From Pseudogymnoascus verrucosus (taxonomy: Eukaryota), in the NCBI GenBank assembly GCA_001662655.1, contig KV460220.1: DNA of 64,000 bases; one strand, given 5' to 3'. Position 1 is the stretch's first letter, and each line of letters starts with the position of its first letter. The notes under the pieces are model-generated. The model was not told the origin of the DNA. It was given only the letters and a program-made list of their open reading frames with translations, and searched no databases. Positions 61,318-64,000 of this stretch are shown here, piece by piece. Both the position numbers and the translations under genes were made by a program.

Positions 61318-62030
61318 TTTGCTGTAATCGTGAAGGTTGGCTTCGGTGGTTGAGCTTTCTCGGCTGGGGGCCTACAACGAGGCGTACCGGCAGATGGAAG
61401 AAGTGTCGGGCTGATCAGCTTCAATAATATCGAAAGCTGAGAGATGGATTGAAGAAAGGCAAGAAGAGAGTCTTATAATTGATTAAGACCGCGAAGATGA
61501 CGTCTCGTGTGTAACCTGTATTGCACGAGATCGGAAAGAATAAATGTGATAAGCGTGGTGGAGGAGAGATAATTATGAGGCGCCGAGAACGGAAAAAGTG
61601 AAGACCGGTAGAAAATGTGTAATAGAAACTCCTTGCGAACTTGAGAAACGTTTTGGAGGTATGAAGCCTTTGAGAGCAGTCCCAAATCTTTCCCAAGTGA
61701 GACGCGGAAACACCGAGTGTTTTGAGACGAGACGTGGAATCAACGAGACCTACGGTATTACCTGGAATTCCTCAGAGGTCATTTCATATATTGGAGATAT
61801 TGGCCTCAGTATCCCATAATCCCAAGGTTTGGAACGAAATTATGAGGGTTTATTTCTCAATGGCAGAGTTCCATCCGTTTGGGGAGACGCGACGACGGTG
61901 CCTGGGGAATCGCGAAGTCACGTGCTCAATTTTGGCACTAGCGCCATCCATAGAACTTCTGAGGAGCATCCCCATAGAATATCTCGAAGACAGCAAGAGC
62001 AGCAATTGTCTCCACAACACAGCTGTCGCC

Positions 62031-62832
62031 ATGCTCTCAACAAGTCGAGGGGCAGCCTTAAGGGCGATCAGCTCCAGTCCATCCATATCTATCCCCGCCT
62101 TCCTCGTCCCGGCCTTCCAATCCTCGGCCAGAGCCTTCTCTGCGACCACCTCGACACAGTCGCAAATCGGCAGAGCACCCCTATCGATTCCTCCCGAGGT
62201 CAACTTCACTGTCACTTACCCTACTGCGCCGAAGAATGCGCGCCCGTCGCCGGAGCAGCTGAGGCCGACTGTTAAGGTTGAGGGCCCGCTGGGGTCGCTG
62301 TCGATGACAATCCCGCCGTTCGTCCATATCGAGCATGATACCGTTACGAAGAAGGCGTTTGTCACTGTTGAGGACAGGGAGGTTCGCAAGCAAAGGGAGA
62401 TGTGGGGTATGATATAATCTAACCCGGTTGAGGGCGCAGTGCTGACATTGATATCCAGGAACCACAAGAGCTTACCTTCAAAACCACATCCTCGGAGTCT
62501 CAGAAGGACACAACGCTATTCTCCGCCTCATCGGAGTCGGTTACAGAGCCTCAGTCGAAGATACTGCCACCACCAAAGAGCCGGAATACGATGGCCAGAA
62601 GTTCGTAGTCCTCAAAGTCGGCTACTCACATCCTATCGAGTTGCCAGTGCCGAAGGGCATGACGGCCAGCACACCGCAGCCAACGAGAATATTGTTGGAG
62701 GGCCCGGAGAAGGAAGTTGTTCTGCAGTTTGCTGCGGAGATTCGCCAGTGGAGGAAGCCTGAGCCATATAAGGGGAAGGGAATCTTCGTCAACGGCGAGA
62801 CGATCAAGTTGAAGGCCAAGAAGATCAAATAG
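62031..62832 (+). CDS. MRPL6: Mitochondrial large-subunit ribosomal protein uL6m
   Basis: Presequence, SQIGRAPLSIP, VEGPLG, QREMWG|TTRAYLQNHILGVSEGH, LIGVGYRA, LKVGYSHP, RKPEPYKGKGIFV; intron 62407-62458. Confidence 0.95.
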
Positions 62833-62937
62833 ACGATTCGTCCTTGTATTATATTGTTCTTATATTGTCATAGAATTGGAGGGTCCCAAGCGGATAGTTA
62901 TACGATATGTAGAATCTATTTCAATTGTTCATATCTA

Positions 62938-64000
62938 CTATAGGTTTCCCTTCTTGCCAAGGACTTCCTTTACAACCTGAAGGACTTGTGCGTGAAGTGC
63001 CTGTGGTGCGGCAACGACACCCTTATTCTCAGCCAAAGTTCTACCCTTGCTGAAATCCAGACGTCTGCCTAGTGAATCCGTAACCTGTCCTCCTGCCTCT
63101 CTGACAATCAAGTCTCCAGCAGCGTGATCCCAGATCTTCTCCTGGTATGTTGCACTTGTAGGAAGTCTCAGGTAAATATCCCCTGCGCCGCGGGCGATCG
63201 AGGCATACTTGGCCTGCGAATCCATTCGCACGCTCGGCTTGCTGATCTGCAGCTTCTGGGCGATCTGAGATTGGTCGTCGTGAGACGAGTGGCCAGCCTC
63301 AACACTCTCGCAGAAAGTGGCATCGGTGATATCCTTCTTCTCGCTCATGCGGATCGGCTGGCTCTTCGCCAACGCACCGGCAGTGAGGGGTCGGCTGGTC
63401 GCACCTTGGCCTAGAACACCCGAGAAAAGGACACCCTTGCCCTCAGAGTCGGTCTGGTCCTTTCCAGCATCTTGTGTTAAAGGTGCGGAGTCGTCGATAG
63501 GAAGGTTGGGGCAGCCCAGAACTCCCACTTTAACATCCCCATCCACCATGAGCCCGAGACAGACGGCATATTGTCCACCACGAAGGAAGCCCTTGGTTCC
63601 GTCGATTGGGTCCAAGGCCCATATCCTTCCCTTATCACCTCCAGCGCTGTTGCCCGCATCAATGGCGTCGAGCATGGCCTCCACAGTTGGGATCGGTCCA
63701 CCGATCAGCTTCTCGGCCTCGGCATCGTCTAACCGGGTGCTGTTGACAAGCTCCCAAATCTGGTCGCGTAGCTTGGTATCCTCCCTCAACGAGCTCGCCT
63801 CCTCCTCTCCTACGACTTGGTCTTCCGGGAAGGCATACTTGATTGCCTGGATAATAAGAGCTTGGGCGCCGAAGTCGCCAATGGTGACCGGGGATTTGTC
63901 GTCCTTGTTGAGGGTTCCCTTGGCCTTCTCGTGGAAGACTTTCTTAGTGAGAATTGCAGCTCTTGTAACGGCAAGCTCGGCGACCAGGCGCTCTTTCTCG
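62938..64000 (-). CDS. MET22: 3'(2'),5'-bisphosphate nucleotidase (Met22/Hal2), 5' end outside the window
   Basis: KDDKSPVTIGDFGAQA, VVGEEEA, WALDPIDGTKGFLRGGQYAVCL, ESVEAGHS, MDSQAKY, EKIWDHAAG. Confidence 0.95.
   Translation of the reverse strand, partial: EKERLVAELAVTRAAILTKKVFHEKAKGTLNKDDKSPVTIGDFGAQALIIQAIKYAFPEDQVVGEEEASSLREDTKLRDQIWELVNSTRLDDAEAEKLIGGPIPTVEAMLDAIDAGNSAGGDKGRIWALDPIDGTKGFLRGGQYAVCLGLMVDGDVKVGVLGCPNLPIDDSAPLTQDAGKDQTDSEGKGVLFSGVLGQGATSRPLTAGALAKSQPIRMSEKKDITDATFCESVEAGHSSHDDQSQIAQKLQISKPSVRMDSQAKYASIARGAGDIYLRLPTSATYQEKIWDHAAGDLIVREAGGQVTDSLGRRLDFSKGRTLAENKGVVAAPQALHAQVLQVVKEVLGKKGNL

Noticed and set aside
61722..62030. N-terminal extension of MRPL6
   Set aside because: ATG 62031 begins a typical mitochondrial presequence; the upstream frame lies in the divergent promoter.

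Overview
Intron-rich genomic DNA from a filamentous ascomycete (Pezizomycotina; Leotiomycete-like by inference from protein content). About 23 spliced protein genes can be reconstructed by hand. Most are conserved housekeeping genes: UBC8, panB/ECM31, ATG12, ICP55, DBF4/nimO, ZDS1, hydroxyacid-oxoacid transhydrogenase, HSE1, CYB5, CAP1, a BAR-PH protein, RSC9, two SDRs, RRD1, KAR5, MRPL6 and a partial MET22. The window begins inside the right end of a RIP-damaged Fot1/pogo transposon. Highlights: (1) UBC8 needs a single-nucleotide exon (position 1510) to keep its frame and also has 3-nt and 8-nt microexons; (2) a ~190-nt highly base-paired, multi-branched intergenic RNA candidate at 52764-52951 that I cannot assign to a known family; (3) a dispersed family of ~16-21-bp TGTCAC-core tandem arrays and related motifs in gene-poor stretches (31-32 kb, 39-40 kb, 58.6 kb); (4) an accessory island (39-45 kb) with a decayed fragment of an Nrd1/Mrn1 RRM gene, a trypsin-like protease pseudogene, an orphan ORF and an intronless dual-specificity phosphatase; (5) a small Ala/Pro/Glu-rich protein with MARCKS-like architecture; (6) three probable GC-AG introns. 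Exon boundaries were inferred from splice signals and remembered protein-family motifs. No database search or folding computation was run.
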